A DNA stretch of 64,000 nt from Felis catus (GCF_018350175.1 NC_058368.1:204974001-205038000), one strand, 5' to 3'; shown: positions 1-12,849, numbered from the stretch's first letter. Notes: generated from the sequence alone by a model not told the origin. Numbers and translations: made by a program.

Positions 1-8
1 TCCCACTC

Positions 9-45
9 CTAAACAGGAAAGAATGAAAAAGAGGAGGAGAGGAAG
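9..45 (-). other. Candidate 3' splice acceptor; the exon would begin at position 8 and run off the window
   Basis: Minus strand reads CTTCCTCTCCTCCTCTTTTTCATTCTTTCCTGTTTAG|GAGTGGGA: long pyrimidine tract plus TAG|G, on the same strand as the donors in the CpG island. Confidence 0.5.
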
Positions 46-589
46 CTTCATTAAAAGTCACCGGAAAATGAATTAATCCTCTGCTGCCCCCCCCCCCCCT
101 CCCAAGCAGGTGTTCTCTATACAGCAGTATGAGGCGTTCTGCTGGTAACAAGACACATTTCCCCTTCCTCTGGACCCTGGGATTTTTCCATCTTCAAAGA
201 TTGAGTTCCCTTTGATTTCATATAACGACTAGCTTATAGATAAAGGTGTTATTTGTTTGCCATCACTTTTCTGGTTTTGGAAACAAACGATTCAAAGAAT
301 TTGAGACTTTAAGACAATCTAGTTCAGTTTCACAAATGGAAATGCTTTCAAGAGCCGGGAAAGTAACACAAATGGACGAAGTGGGCCCAGCAGAAACTGT
401 GGTTTACTTTGTGGAATTTATGCCACTCAAAAATATACACTTAATTGTTGCCCAATCTGTCTCTTTTTTTTCAAGAGAAACTGGACCTTTCTTTTGAAAT
501 GTTAACAACAAATTTAAAAAATAATTAAGCTCTATTCCCACATTCAGAGAAAATTCCCCTGTAGATTTCCAGTAGGGACCTCCAACCTA

Positions 590-735
590 GTGCAGCTTCC
601 AAAACAACAACAAACAACAGAATCACTGGGACCTTTAAAAATATGCATGCCTTCTCCTCCAACGGCAATTCTGATTTAATTGGTCAAGGGTAAGTGTTCA
701 GGTGATTGTAATGGACAACCAACGTAGAAAACCCC
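590..735. mobile_element. Degenerate hAT-Charlie (MER5-like) DNA transposon fragment
   Basis: Motifs AGAATCACTGGGA...TTTAAAAAT...GCAATTCTGATTTAATTGGTC...CAGGTGATT typical of MER5; recognised by eye. Confidence 0.4.
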
Positions 736-1779
736 TACTCTGGTCTAACCTACGGATTCTACAGATGAGGAAACAATGGTCCAAAGATGAACACAACCCA
801 CAGCGAGCAAGAGAGCAAGAACAGGACCTCTCATTCCATTATGCTGTTAGCAAAACCCTAACACAAATGCTACTTTTTTGCCCATGAATGGGAGTTTGGG
901 CTTCGATATACTTGTCTGTAAAACATTTCAAATGTTTCCCCAGCACAAGTGTCAGTTTTTGATGCTAGAGTTCTTTTTTCCCTAAATCCAGTGACTCTCA
1001 GGCCACATTTACTTGGACTATGAACTTCATGAAAGCAGAGGGCTTGTCAGTCCCTCCCTCACCTGTGAAGCAAGTCAGCGCCCCCATAAGTACTGAGTCA
1101 ATGAATGATGTGATTAGGATTTTCCAAATTCTCTTCCCGTGCAACTTGGGAATCCAGTTTCATGAAAGCTCGAAAATTCACCCCATACAGAAAAGTGTCC
1201 ATAAGCAGGTCCGAGTCAGGGGAAACAAACTGCCAAGTGTTGGCTTTAATCTAATGGGAAGATCACTTGGCTCACTTGATAGAAAGCCATGAACAGTAAG
1301 TGGAAGGACAGCAAGCTGTTCACAGGAGCCCGTATCACTGGATTTGAAGCTTCCTTTCCCTGTGACAGCACAAAGGAACAGAAAACTCTCCTCATGTCAC
1401 CCTCACCGCCACTGACTTGGTGTATTTACTTTCCCTGGAGCTGAACCCTTGCCAATACCAATAGCCATACTTAACTATCCTGTCTGGTTTCCTGCCTGCC
1501 TGTGACAGAGAACTCTGTGTGGCATGCCCTCATCTGACTGCACGTGATGTGCTCTTCACACACTATGTCCTCGAAAATGGAATACAGCCTTGTGTTAGAG
1601 TTACATCGCAAAAGATTTGGTGATGAATACCAGGCTTCCTTTCATCTTACGAAGATGCTGGCAAAATCCTACTCATTGTGCAAGAGTAAGACAAGTTATT
1701 GCTCATTCGGTTTATTATTGAAAAATACACCTCCGCCCCACCTGTCAGTTAACACGATGCAAGCGTCTCACTCCTTCAC

Positions 1780-2290
1780 ACTGAGCTATCTTTCTAAAAT
1801 AACAAATCTGATCATGTCACTTACCTACAGAAGATATTCTGGTACAGCTACCTACGGTGCCCCAGAAAAAGTCCAAGATCCCAGACACAGCTCATGAACT
1901 CTATCTCCTTTTCTAGCCTCATCTCCTTTCAGCTCCCTCAAATATCCTCCGGTTCAGCCACCTCAAACCTTATCTCTCCCTGACACACCATATTCTTTTA
2001 TATTTCCATGCTTCTGGGTTGTCTCTTTAAAGAACACCTTTCCCCTTTTCTCAGCCTAATGGCCTCTTCTAGAACACTCAAGAATCACCTCAAATGGCAC
2101 ATTTTCTGGGAAGCCTTCCATGACTCCTCCAGGAGTCCCTACTCCCCATCTCTGCAGCCTCCCATTGGGCTCGCTGTGAGTGTGGCAGTGCGATGCCTCA
2201 AGGCTGTGTCCCCCAAAGCCCAGGTCTGCGCTTTATCACACCCCTGGTGCCTGACTCATGCAGGCACTTGGTCTGGAACATGGGTTTACT
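1780..2290 (+). mobile_element. Ancient L2 3' fragment
   Basis: L2-like motifs (TTTCTAAAATAACAAATCTGATCATGTCACT; CTCAAATGGCACATTTTCTGGGAAGCCTTCCATGAC). Confidence 0.45.
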
Positions 2291-2489
2291 GAGTTCACAC
2301 TGAAGCCCACTGCCCCACCTGTGTGGGTAAAGCAGACAAAGGTGGGTTTCCTGGGCAGTTCTGCCTTCTACGGCAACTATGGCTTCTATCCACAGTGAGC
2401 CTTGTTAGTATTTGTGGCTGTTTTGTTTTGGCTTCAATTAGGAATCTCATAAATTGTTTGACCCCATTTTTAAGTCTGTCTTGTGAAAG

Positions 2490-3030
2490 AAAAAAAAATG
2501 CAATATCTCACTTGTATGTGCAACATGAAAAAGCCCAACTCATAGAAACAGAGAACAAATTGGTAGTTACCAGGGGCTGGAAGGTGGGTGAAATGAGATA
2601 CTTGTCAAAGGGTATAAAATTTCCATCATAAGATGAATAAGTCCTAGAGACCTAATGTACAACATGGTGACATAGTTAACAAAACTGTATTACATACTTG
2701 AAATTTGCCAATAGAGTAGATCATAAATGTTCTCACAACACACACACACACACACACACACATACACACACGAAGGTAACTATATGAGGGGATGGATATA
2801 TTAACTAACCTTCTAACCTTAATATAGTTATTATACATATGTGTCTTATATATATGTGTGATATATCTATATATATATCTATATCTATATATATATCTAG
2901 ATATCTATCTATCTATATATATATAGATATACATATAGATATATATATCTATCTCAGGGGACCTCAGTGCATGTCTTAAGCTTATACAATGTTGTTCATC
3001 AATTGTATCTCGATAAAAACCTTAAAATAC
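2490..3030 (+). mobile_element. L1 3' UTR fragment (older L1MA-type) with internal microsatellites
   Basis: CTCATAGAAACAGAGAACAAATTGGTAGTTACCAGGGG...GATGAATAAGTCCTAGAGACCTAATGTACAACATGGTGAC...GAGTAGATC typical of an L1 3' end. Confidence 0.75.
2738..2953. repeat. (CA)n microsatellite (2738-2771) and (TA/TATC)n low-complexity tract (2848-2953)
   Basis: Directly visible. Confidence 0.9.
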
Positions 3031-4781
3031 ATTAAAACAAACTAATAAACAAAAATTTGCCCTCTTCTGTGAATCACGCTGAGCTTAAGTCAGACTCTCC
3101 TTACTCAGCATTGCGTATGACATATGAGCAAATGTTGAACTGAAGTACATTTTTCAAATCAGAAGACAGATACCATAGGCAGTCTCTATTGATATTTATC
3201 CAAGTCTCTTTTGCTGTGATTTAAATCAGGAAACATCAGGAACATTTTCACAACACTCACCACCAGAGATTGGAGGAAACAGAAAAGTACACTCATGCCC
3301 AGTTTATAAATAAAAAAAACATTTTCTTTTAATCACAGGGATTGCTGGACTACCGAATCTCTTCCCCAGCAGAACACGCTCAGACTGCTCTTTTAGTACA
3401 TAAAGTTGGCTATGGGTGCTCTCAGAGTGGGGTATTTTCTGGAGACATCACCACCAATACATTAGAGTTTTACAGTAACACAATTCCACCGATGAATCTG
3501 ACTCATGACTGATTCATTTTTCTCTTTCCTGGGCTTTAAAAGATACCATAGTTTCCTCCCATGTGCCTCAGGAATAATGCTGCCTTTCGAGACTTGTATC
3601 ATCAGACCAAGCCTCCTTTAGCCTGAAAGCACCCAACAAACTTTATCAAATAGAGAATAAATCCATCAATTGCTGATTAGTGAATGCCCACTGTGGGCCC
3701 ACTGCCTAGAATATCACTAAAGTACTGTGGAGGATGCACAAAAAAGTCAACAACAACAAAATCTTTCCTTGGATGAAACTGATAAATCATACGAGGCTTT
3801 ACCCATTGGGTCCCTCACTTTAATCTTCTCGGCAAGAACACAGGAAGAGCACATCACGTGCAAGGTACTGCAAGGAGACTACTGGGGAGTCCGCAGACAT
3901 CGATCGTGGCAGCGGGCCACACAAGGTGAGCCAATGCCCACGACAAACTCACGAGTGAATCTACGCAAATGTGCCAATATTTACTTAGGAAAGAATAAAG
4001 GAGCTTGTAGCTGGAAAGATGGCAGGTGGGGCAGGGGAAGGATCAGAGCTGACACTATGGAGCTGTGTTTCGTGGTGTTTGAGCTCAGCCTCAGGGTAGC
4101 AGAATGAGACACAGAGGGGCCAAGGCGGAGGGCACAACACGCACTGAAGCTGTTGGGCAGACACACACGAGATATTTTGAGGGCCAAGGAGTAGTTCAGT
4201 TTGAAGCTCAGCAGAAAATACAGATAGATAGGTAGGCTGGGGTAATATCACAGGGCTGTGAACACCAGGCTTAGGAAATCTGAAAGTCAATCCATAAGCT
4301 GGAAGATGGTTTTTGAGAAAGTGAGTGGCCAGAACAGCATTTCAGATGCTTTGGCGGCAGTGAGAGAGAATTAAAGGAGGATAAATCAGGACTGCTGTGG
4401 CTGTTTATTCTGCTCCAATCCAGGTGTGCGAGCCGAAAACAACAGGGAACCTTCTGGTTAATGTTTACAGCCACTTCCAAATTGAAATCTATTAACTGCT
4501 GTGGTGTCTTGTTTCACAAAGCTTTGGCTTTAAACACAAGTGTGTGAAGTCACTTGTCACTGGCACTGAGCACTGTGTGTGCTGTGTGCACAGAGCCACC
4601 GGAAATGTTATAAGACAATGCCAAAAGACATATATAAAATACCCCAAAGAAGACCAAACTTGTAGTATAATGTCTATATTCCACATAGTCCCTGACATAC
4701 GTTAAGCACCCTACAAATAACACATTGGACTGAATTCAATCTTGTTGAATCCAGGGAAGACAGCATCATAACTTCCCTTGG

Positions 4782-5686
4782 TGTGATGGTTAATTTTATG
4801 TGTTAACCTTCCTGGGCCACGGCGCCCAGATAGAAGCATCCCCCACTTTTCAAAAGTTCATGTTACACCACTTCACTTTTATGAAAGACCTACATTAGTA
4901 CTTGTTCTCGCCAACGGACAGAAATCCAAAGAAGACTTTTGCTCTTAGGAAAACGGAAAAAGTGAAAATAGAGCTCAGCAAGCCATTATAGAGGCAGCAC
5001 CCACCCCAAACGGTAAGAGTGGCACCACCCAGCTCCTTTGCTGGGAATTACACTCAGCATCTCAACATTAAACCACCACAGCTTTGAACTGTGTCTGTGA
5101 ACATCCGTGCTTTATCTTGATTTATTTTGTGTATCTATTAGCAAGATACATCCTAACGTATCACAAAAGCCTAAGAGAGGTTATTTTGGGGATCTGGGAA
5201 CACTCAGAAAATTTTCCATATAAATTAACTGCTTCTTTGCTTTATGCCATTTTAGTTTACAAAAGTGTTCACAGGAATGCTCCACTTTCAGATATTGGGG
5301 GAAACCTATATGTGGTCAAACATAATTATGTTTCTGTGAGGTGATTTTGGATAAGATTAACATTTAAATCAGTAGACCCTAAGTAAAGCAGATTACTCTC
5401 CATAACGTGGTGGGCCTTATCTCATCAGTTGATGGCCTGAATAGAAGAAAAGACTCACTTGCTCTGAGCAAGAGGGAATTTTCCAACAGACAGCCTTGAG
5501 ACCTGAACTGCAGCATTGGTTCTTCTCTGGGTCTCCAGCCTGCCAGCCCACCCTGCAAATTTTGGACTTGCTAGCTTCTATAATTTGTGTGAGCTAAGTC
5601 TTTAAAATAAATCTCTTTCTATACACACACACAAACACACACACATCCTATTGGTTCTGTTTCTCTGGAGAACCCTGACCAATATA
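4782..5686 (+). mobile_element. MLT2-type (ERVL) solo LTR, interrupted by a DNA transposon
   Basis: Begins TGTGATGGTTAATTTTATGTG...CCCAGATA, resumes TGTGGTCAAACATAATT...GTAAAGCAGATT... and ends TCTCTGGAGAACCCTGACCAATATA, matching MLT2 termini. Confidence 0.8.
4833..5308. mobile_element. Non-autonomous Tc1/mariner (Tigger-like) DNA transposon, 476 bp
   Basis: TA at 4831-4832 and 5309-5310 (target duplication); imperfect terminal inverted repeats GAAGCATCCCCCACTTTTCAAAAGT vs reverse complement TAGGTTTCCCCCAATATCTGAAAGT; splits the MLT2 cleanly. Confidence 0.7.
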
Positions 5687-6280
5687 CTAGTAAAACATGC
5701 TAATATTTTCACAATGTGCTCTATGTCTATGAATCTTTTTATGACGGTCTTCTCTAGAAAATGTCCTTGATCTATACAGTGGACTTCTATTTAACATGGA
5801 AAGAACAGAGATAAGTTTCCTTAACTGAAAGAGCTGGCAGTGATGACCCTTGTCACTGAATTCCAGATAAAACCTTAACAAACCCTCATATGTGATTTCA
5901 ATGAATAGAATTTTGCCACTATTTCAAGATGAGTGGACTGTAATACAGCCACCAAGTCCAAGGATCTGGGCTGAGGGCTGACCATGCCCCATATAGGGAC
6001 CTGAGCCACACACGCAGACCTCTGCAGCCAGTCTGATACCATCCCATGACAAATGAGCCAAGCATTGTCCCTCCAAAGAGACTGTATAGTCACCATGCTT
6101 CTAATTCCAGTTTCCATTAGTCAAATACCTAAGCATCTAGCCCCCAGGTAAGTCATTCTGAATTACACCATCTTCCTCATAATAATCTTTAATTCTTTGC
6201 CTTGGACATCTAATAGCAGAGAGAATAAAAAGAAGGCAAGGCTTATGACTTCAATTTGTAAAGAAGGAAATGTGTGGTTT

Positions 6281-6515
6281 CTTTTTATTTTTTATTACTA
6301 TTTTTTTTATTTGAGAGAGAGAGAGAGAGAGAGAGAGTGCACACACGTGCACACAAGTGGGGGAGAGGCAGAGGAAGAGAGAAAGAGAATTCCAAGCAGG
6401 TTCCAAACTGTCAGTGCTGAGCCCGACATGGGTCTCGATCCCACAACACTGGGATCATGACCTGAGCCGAAATCAAGAGTCGAAAGCTTAACCAACTGAG
6501 CCACCCAGGCACACC
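6281..6515 (-). mobile_element. Can-SINE
   Basis: Reverse complement of tRNA-like head (CCTGGGTGGCTCAGTTGGTTAAG), (CT)n and A-rich tail. Confidence 0.92.
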
Positions 6516-6729
6516 TATTTTATTTTAAAGGCACAATTCTTTGCTTTCTCTTTTTGTCTCTTCAACTTGATTTCACACTACTAGTATCTTTTGCCATCAT
6601 GGGCTTAATGACAATGACATTGGCATTATATTCCTTTTTTAAAAAGCACTGGACTTGCCTGAGGACCTTTAAATAATTGATAGGCCCCGCCCCTGAGATT
6701 TGGATTTAATTGGTGTGGTATGCACCAAC

Positions 6730-8130
6730 CTGTTCTCATCACTGACTTCTGTTCTCCCAACACCTTTAATCAGCTTCTCTGACTACAACCTTCACACAGA
6801 CCTCTACTCCCTCCCTCTCCTATCTACTTTATGCTTAACCAGCTTTGGCTTTGACTTTGACTCCTGGTTTGTCATTTCCATGGCTCCCGTGCTGCTGTCA
6901 TCTTTCCATCATACCTCTCAGACAAAGCCCTAGGTCTAGATGATTCCACTTTCTCTGTACCTGGTGAACTGTGGAACACCTCCAGAAAGGGTCACATATT
7001 TTGTAATACTTTTAACAGTGGCACTACCATGAATTTGTGATCATCGACCCCAGTCCAGCCTTCAAGTAATGACTAGCAATCCTACTAAGCTTTACTAATT
7101 TATTCCCTTTTATGTTCTAGCTTTCTCTCTCCTCCTCAAACACCTGAAATTATCTCCTTTCTTTTCCAGTATGCCACCTCCTTCCTGTTTCACACTGACC
7201 TTCCAAAGCAGATAGAGGCCATAGAACACATAGAGACCACGGAATAGAAACGTCTTTAACTTTCAGCTACCACACCTCAACATCTGCACACATTCCTCCT
7301 CCTTCCTTCCCTGGACAGAAGGGCTAGCACCCTTTCTCCTCTCCAGTTACTCCCAAGCGCTCTGGATCTAACCACTCCTATGTTCTCAGGAACCTTACGT
7401 GATTAGGGTTCCACCCAACTGGCCTTCCCTATCAACGTTTAAACATACTCAAATCGCCCACCTTTATCAAACCCTCCCATAACTGTTTCCTTCTCCAGCT
7501 AAAGCTCTATCCTTTTGATTCCCTTGACAGTCAAATGTCTTGAGTTACCTTTATCCATTGTCTCCTTCCCTTTCCACCCACTCACCAAGACACTTCATTC
7601 TGGCCTCTGCCCCCATCACTGCACCCATGTACCTCTCCTTAAAGTCCTATAACATCCACTTTACTAATCTAAAGGACATGTGCAGGACTTTCACTTTTCC
7701 CTTTATCAGCATTTAAACTGTTTTCTGTCCTTGGCCTCTGAGAGCCAGGTAATCTCCTTAAAATGCAGACCTGATGGTGTCACACACCACCCCCCCCACC
7801 ATGCTTCAAAACCTTCTATGGTTTTCTATTGCTTTTACGATAAATAAAGACTATAACACAGTCTGTAACACCATGTAAGATATAGTCCCTTCTTTGGCCC
7901 CTTCTTACATCATACTCCTTCCCTGCTCTGAACTCTGGGCTCCCTTACTGTTTTCTGTTCTCGAAAGTACCAGGTATCTTCTTGACTCCTGTTCCTTTGC
8001 CCAGATTGCTCTTCTGTCTTCCTCCTACTTCTACTCCTTTAGATTTTAAATATTTTCTTTTGAAAACCTTCCTCAACCACCAAGCCCCAAACAGATCAAA
8101 TTCCCTTATACTTTTACTTCATATTACTTA
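6730..8130 (+). mobile_element. Highly degenerate L2 fragment(s)
   Basis: Pyrimidine-rich L2-like motifs (TCTGGCCTCTGCCCCCATCACTGCAC; CTTAAAATGCAGACCTGATGGTGTCAC; CTTCAAAACCTTCTATGGTTTTCTATTGC). Confidence 0.5.
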
Positions 8131-8137
8131 CAACAGG

Positions 8138-8335
8138 TTTTTTAAAAATGTTTATTTATTTATTTTGAGGGAGAGAGCGAGCACAAGTGAGGAAGGGGAA
8201 GAGAGAGAGAATCCCAAACAGGCTTCACGCTCAGCACAGACCCTGACACAAGGCTCGATCCCATGACCATGAGATCATGACTTGAGCCAAAATCAAGAGT
8301 CAGACACTGAATCAACTGAAACACCCAGGTGCCCC
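8138..8335 (-). mobile_element. Can-SINE
   Basis: Ends CACCCAGGTGCCCC; T-rich tail at left. Confidence 0.92.
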
Positions 8336-8423
8336 ACACCAGTCTTTAATTTTTTAATTATACTTGTTTAATGTTTTTCTCCATCTTAGACCATGAACTC
8401 TAATAGAAAAGAGACTATTTCTT

Positions 8424-8648
8424 GGGGCGCCTGGGTGGCTTGGTTAGTTAAGCGTCCGACTTTGGCTCAGGTCATGATCTTGTGGTCCATGAGTTTGAGC
8501 CCCGCGTCGGGCTCTGTGCTGACAGCTCAGAGCCTGGAGCCTGTTTCAGATTCTGTGTCTCCCTCTCTCTCTGCCCCTCCCCTGTTCATGCTCTGTCTCT
8601 TCTCTGTCTCAAAAATAAACGCTAAAAAAAAAAATTTTTTTTTAAAAA
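8424..8648 (+). mobile_element. Can-SINE (feline type) with perfect 18-bp TSD
   Basis: GGGGCGCCTGGGTGGCT head; TSD AGAAAAGAGACTATTTCT at 8405-8422 and 8649-8666. Confidence 0.96.
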
Positions 8649-9164
8649 AGAAAAGAGACTATTTCTGGGTTGCTTATTAAAGTATTCTAGCACCTAGTCC
8701 ACTATTCTGGGCAAAGTGTAGATTAAATTAGTGAGTTTGTGAGTAGGTGAGCATACGAATGAATGTGTACTGGATTTTTACACTCAGGCTATCAGTATTC
8801 CTCTTTATCTCCCTCTGCAGCACAAACCCATGAATCAAGGTCAAGTATATACTATCAAGTCCAGTTGAATACAAAAAATGGTTTTGAGAACTCACGGTGC
8901 AAGCTGCATGGAGGAAAACACATTGAAAGAGAAAGACTAGGAGAGTCTGATCTATGTTTTCCAGCTTAGGCAAGGAAAAGGTAGCAGCTCTACCTTACTT
9001 TCATTCTGATTACCAAACAAGAACTAGCCGTATCTATTTCATGATGAATTCCTTAACTCACTTAAATTGCTTTGTAAATATACAAGAAAAAAATCACTTT
9101 CACATAATTTTTAAAGGCAAATCAAGTGGGATCTTTTGTAAGGACTTATAAAGCTTCAAGTTTA

Positions 9165-9347
9165 GGGGGCACCTGGGTGGCTCAGTTGGTTAAGCGTCTG
9201 ACTTTGGCTCAGGTCATGATCTTGCATAAGTTTGAGCCCCACATTGGGCTCGCTACTATGAGCACAGAGCCTGCTTTGGATTCTCTGTCCTCCTCTCTCT
9301 GCCCCTCCCCTGCTCGTGCTCTGTCTCTCAAAAATAAACATAAAAAA
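9165..9347 (+). mobile_element. Can-SINE
   Basis: GGGGGCACCTGGGTGGCTCAGTTGGTTAAGCGTCTGACT head, AAATAAACAT tail. Confidence 0.92.
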
Positions 9348-10049
9348 CCCCTCCAAATTCAGTACCTATGCATGTACTAAAACCAACACCAATGCACCTC
9401 CTTCCAGCTTTCAGAGTCCATCTTTAAATAAGTTTATAGTACTATATCCCAAAGTCTTATACAAATTCTTAATCTCAAGCTAAAAGATATTAATCAAAGT
9501 CCAAGTCATTTATTAAACTGCAAGTGGCCATAAAGCAGAATTCATGCAATTTGTCAGGCAGAGCAAATCAAGAAACTGCTTGACCTATGAGCTTTTAGGA
9601 CCCTCTTTGAAAAGCTGGGTAAAATCACCAGGGAAGAGGTTAAAATTCAACTTTGCTTTATGTCCCTCTTTAAATCACGTAAAGTGCAAGCATGCTCCTG
9701 ACAACTTAAGATTATGAGTGATAACTTATCAAACAAAACACTTCTTGAGTTTTCCCATGAGGATTTTTTGAAAGTTCAAAATGCTATCTTCAGCAATGTG
9801 GTTATTATTAATATCCTTCCTCTTTAAATCACGGATTTTTAAAGCAGTTGTCATTTTGATTACAAAATCCCAAATCCCAGGGAAATCATCGTAACTATTA
9901 TGTTAATTGGGTATTAATATTCTACTAGTTATATTGAGTAGCATGTTTTTTCTGGAAAACTCCTCCTTGCTGTGTCAGTATTTCAAAATTTAAGATTCAA
10001 GGAAATTAAGACAATTTCTTTTTTAAAAAAGGTAAGGCAACGTTAGGCT

Positions 10050-10632
10050 GCCTTATTCTATTGCCACATAACAAATTAACCCAAAGCTTAGCAACTTAAA
10101 ACAACAAACATTTATTATCTTGTAGTCTCAGGGCAGGGACCTGGAAGAGGTTTGGCTAGGTTGTTCTGCCTCAAAGACGTTCATGAGGTTGCAGTCAAGC
10201 TGTTGAGGGGAGGGGGCTACAGTCATTCTGTAGCTGGACTGGGTCTGAAGGCTCTACCTCCAAGGTCATTCCCATGGTGGTGGTCATCAAGATGCTTCAG
10301 TTTCATACTGGCTATCGGACTGGGGGTCTGAGCTCTTCAGTCCCCACTGGTTATGGGACTCCCTTACTGCCCTTCCATCTGGGTGTACCCATACGGCAGC
10401 TCAAGACATGGCCACAGGTTTCCCCCAGAGAGAATGATCCAAAAGACAGAGCAACTAAGACAGAAGCCACAATGCCTTTGAATGATCCAGTCTCTAAAGC
10501 TGCACATCTTCACTTCCATTCTATTCGTTAGAAATTAGTCATTGAGTCTAGCCCACATTCAAGGAGAGGAAACCTGGACTCCACCTCTAGAAATATCAAA
10601 AAATGTGTGAACGTTGTATTAAAACCATCACA
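10050..10632 (-). mobile_element. MLT1-type (ERVL-MaLR) solo LTR
   Basis: ATTGCCACATAACAAATTAACCCAAAGCTTAGCAACTTAAAACAACAAACATTTATTATCT...TTAAAACCATCACA typical of a reverse-strand MLT1. Confidence 0.7.
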
Positions 10633-10639
10633 TAGTGGT

Positions 10640-10870
10640 GGCTAAAATGGTTGGAAGCACGGGAGTTAGAGTCAGAATTAGGAAGATCTGTTTGATTCTT
10701 GATTGTGCCACTTGCCAATGGTGAGTCCTTGCACAAATTACTTAACCTCCTAATGCCACAGTTCCACTAAATGTAGAATTCAGTGGATCATGGGGGTTTT
10801 GCATGGGATTAAACAATACAATATGAAAAAGAACTTTATAGAGCCCTGGGTCATAGTAACCACTTCCTTA
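10640..10870 (+). mobile_element. MIR SINE remnant
   Basis: TGCCACTTGCCAATGGTGAGTCCTTGCACAAATTACTTAACCTC core-like motif. Confidence 0.5.
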
Positions 10871-12849
10871 ATGCTGCCGACACAACAGTAACTGGTGAAG
10901 CCAACTGTTGTGTGCCCACTAAGTAGAGATTATGCAGTCCTTTACCCTATAGGAGCTTAGAGTTGAGAAGTTGGAAAGTAAATCTGAATGTGGACACAGA
11001 AAAGCTAATGTGATTTTTCATCTAGAAACCAAGGGACTGCCTACCAAGAGATAGAAAAGCAGTCCGTTCCGCATAAGGAACTCTACAATGGGATTTTAAA
11101 ACCTTTTTGTTTGCTTGCTTTTTTTAAAGAGAGAGGCAGTTTCTTCAACTTAGAATTTCTCAGACGTGCTATGTGTAAAACAGATGGGCACACGGCCTCT
11201 TGCTCGGTTTGGAGGCCTGCAATGCAGCCAGCCTGGCCCTCTCTTCTGGAGCCCCCAGGGCCCCTAAGGGAGCTTGCTACAGCACAGTTTGCAAATCTGC
11301 ACAAACAGATTTTGCCAGTAATTGCCCATACAAAGGATCGAAGGTCATGGTTTAAAACCATGCCAATTTAAAGTAGCCATTTAAGTAAAGAAAACAGTTT
11401 TGAGCATAGGTTCTGAAAGGTAATGGTTTTTCTCCTTTAAAAATGTCTAATGCTCTAAACATTAGAGTCTGAAGCGATTACCTTTCAGTCAATCCCTGTT
11501 TATTCCTTCTTCAAAAAAAAAAAAAAGTCCATTTTCACATGATTGTCCCTTTGTATCTTCTTGGAAGTTAGATTTCATAGTGAGCCAATAATTTGTGTTT
11601 TACATAGATTGTGTTATTAGATGCTAACTCTAGGCTTCCAAAACTTGTAATCAAAGTAAAAATAAATAAAAAACCTTAAAGCCTATTCTTTTCTGAATTT
11701 AGAATTAGAGGTTAGAGGAATCTCAGCATTGGTTAGTCTAGATACTCATGTTGTTTATTTTCCCAGAGTCAAAGCCCAAATAATTTATAGGAATTTTTCC
11801 TTCTGAATTTCATGTCCTGCACTCTAAGGCAACCAAGGCAAATTTTCGGTTGGGCCACTGCAAGTATAAAGATTAATCAAAGATTTCATTGAATGCTTCA
11901 TATCCCTGAGGTAACACTTAAAAAAAAAACTATGAAAAGACTGAAAAATGGAGGTCAGCAACCCAAACTCAAATGCATTATAAAACAGTAAAATATTTTA
12001 ATTATTACACAACATTAATGCCCTGCTCTTTAGAGATGCTTGCTTCTAAGACTGTTATTAGCCCTGTATCAAAACTTTGTCATTGATGTATGGGTGTCTT
12101 TCTGAAGAGCTCTGTGGTCAATGTATGTGTATACCAAGATGACAGGTTTTACAAATGTTAGGTGGGCTTTGAAAAAATTCACAGATTTCAGGTTGGCGCT
12201 TAACCCAGCTCACTTAGAAATATAGCATGCATCCACATCCACTGCAGTTTAGTAATACAGACTTGTTAAAGAGCACATGCCTAGCAAAAAGTCACCACAA
12301 TGAGGTGTTGGGCAAGCAGAGAAAAATGGGGATAACTGAGTATAGTAGTAAGAGTGTAGGAGCCAAGGCAGGAGACGTTTTTCATCTCAGTGGTGTCATT
12401 TACCATTTCTGAAGAGCCCTGAGCAAGTAAGCCTAACAGTCTCAAGGCTATGCGACTCACAGCAGAATTAAGTGCAACACGCACATACAATGCTAGGCAC
12501 ATTGGAAGGACTCAGTCATGTCTGATTTAGGGGGTCCTGCTTCATATTTGATGATCAGGACACATGTGCAGAATCAAATTTCTTCCAAGTCATCACACTG
12601 TTATGAGTACTTCCTAGCTAACTGATGGAGGCTCAGTTACACATATGTCTATTGAGTAGACTTTTGCTCTTATTGTTGTTTTGATGTATTTGTTTTGTTT
12701 TCAAAACATAGCCTTGTCTCACAATGATGCTGGATGTCAACATCATTGTATTTTCACTCAGAGAAAGTGAGTAACCACCTAGTTACAAAGACTAGTTAAT
12801 CACGAGAAGGCTCAAACAGTGTATGCACAGTATTTAAAAATTGTAAAAT

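Noticed and set aside
3250..3640. Minus-strand donor GTG|GTGAGT near 3260 and acceptor TTTCAG|G near 3623
   Set aside because: They do not pair into a convincing exon; such motifs occur by chance in long introns
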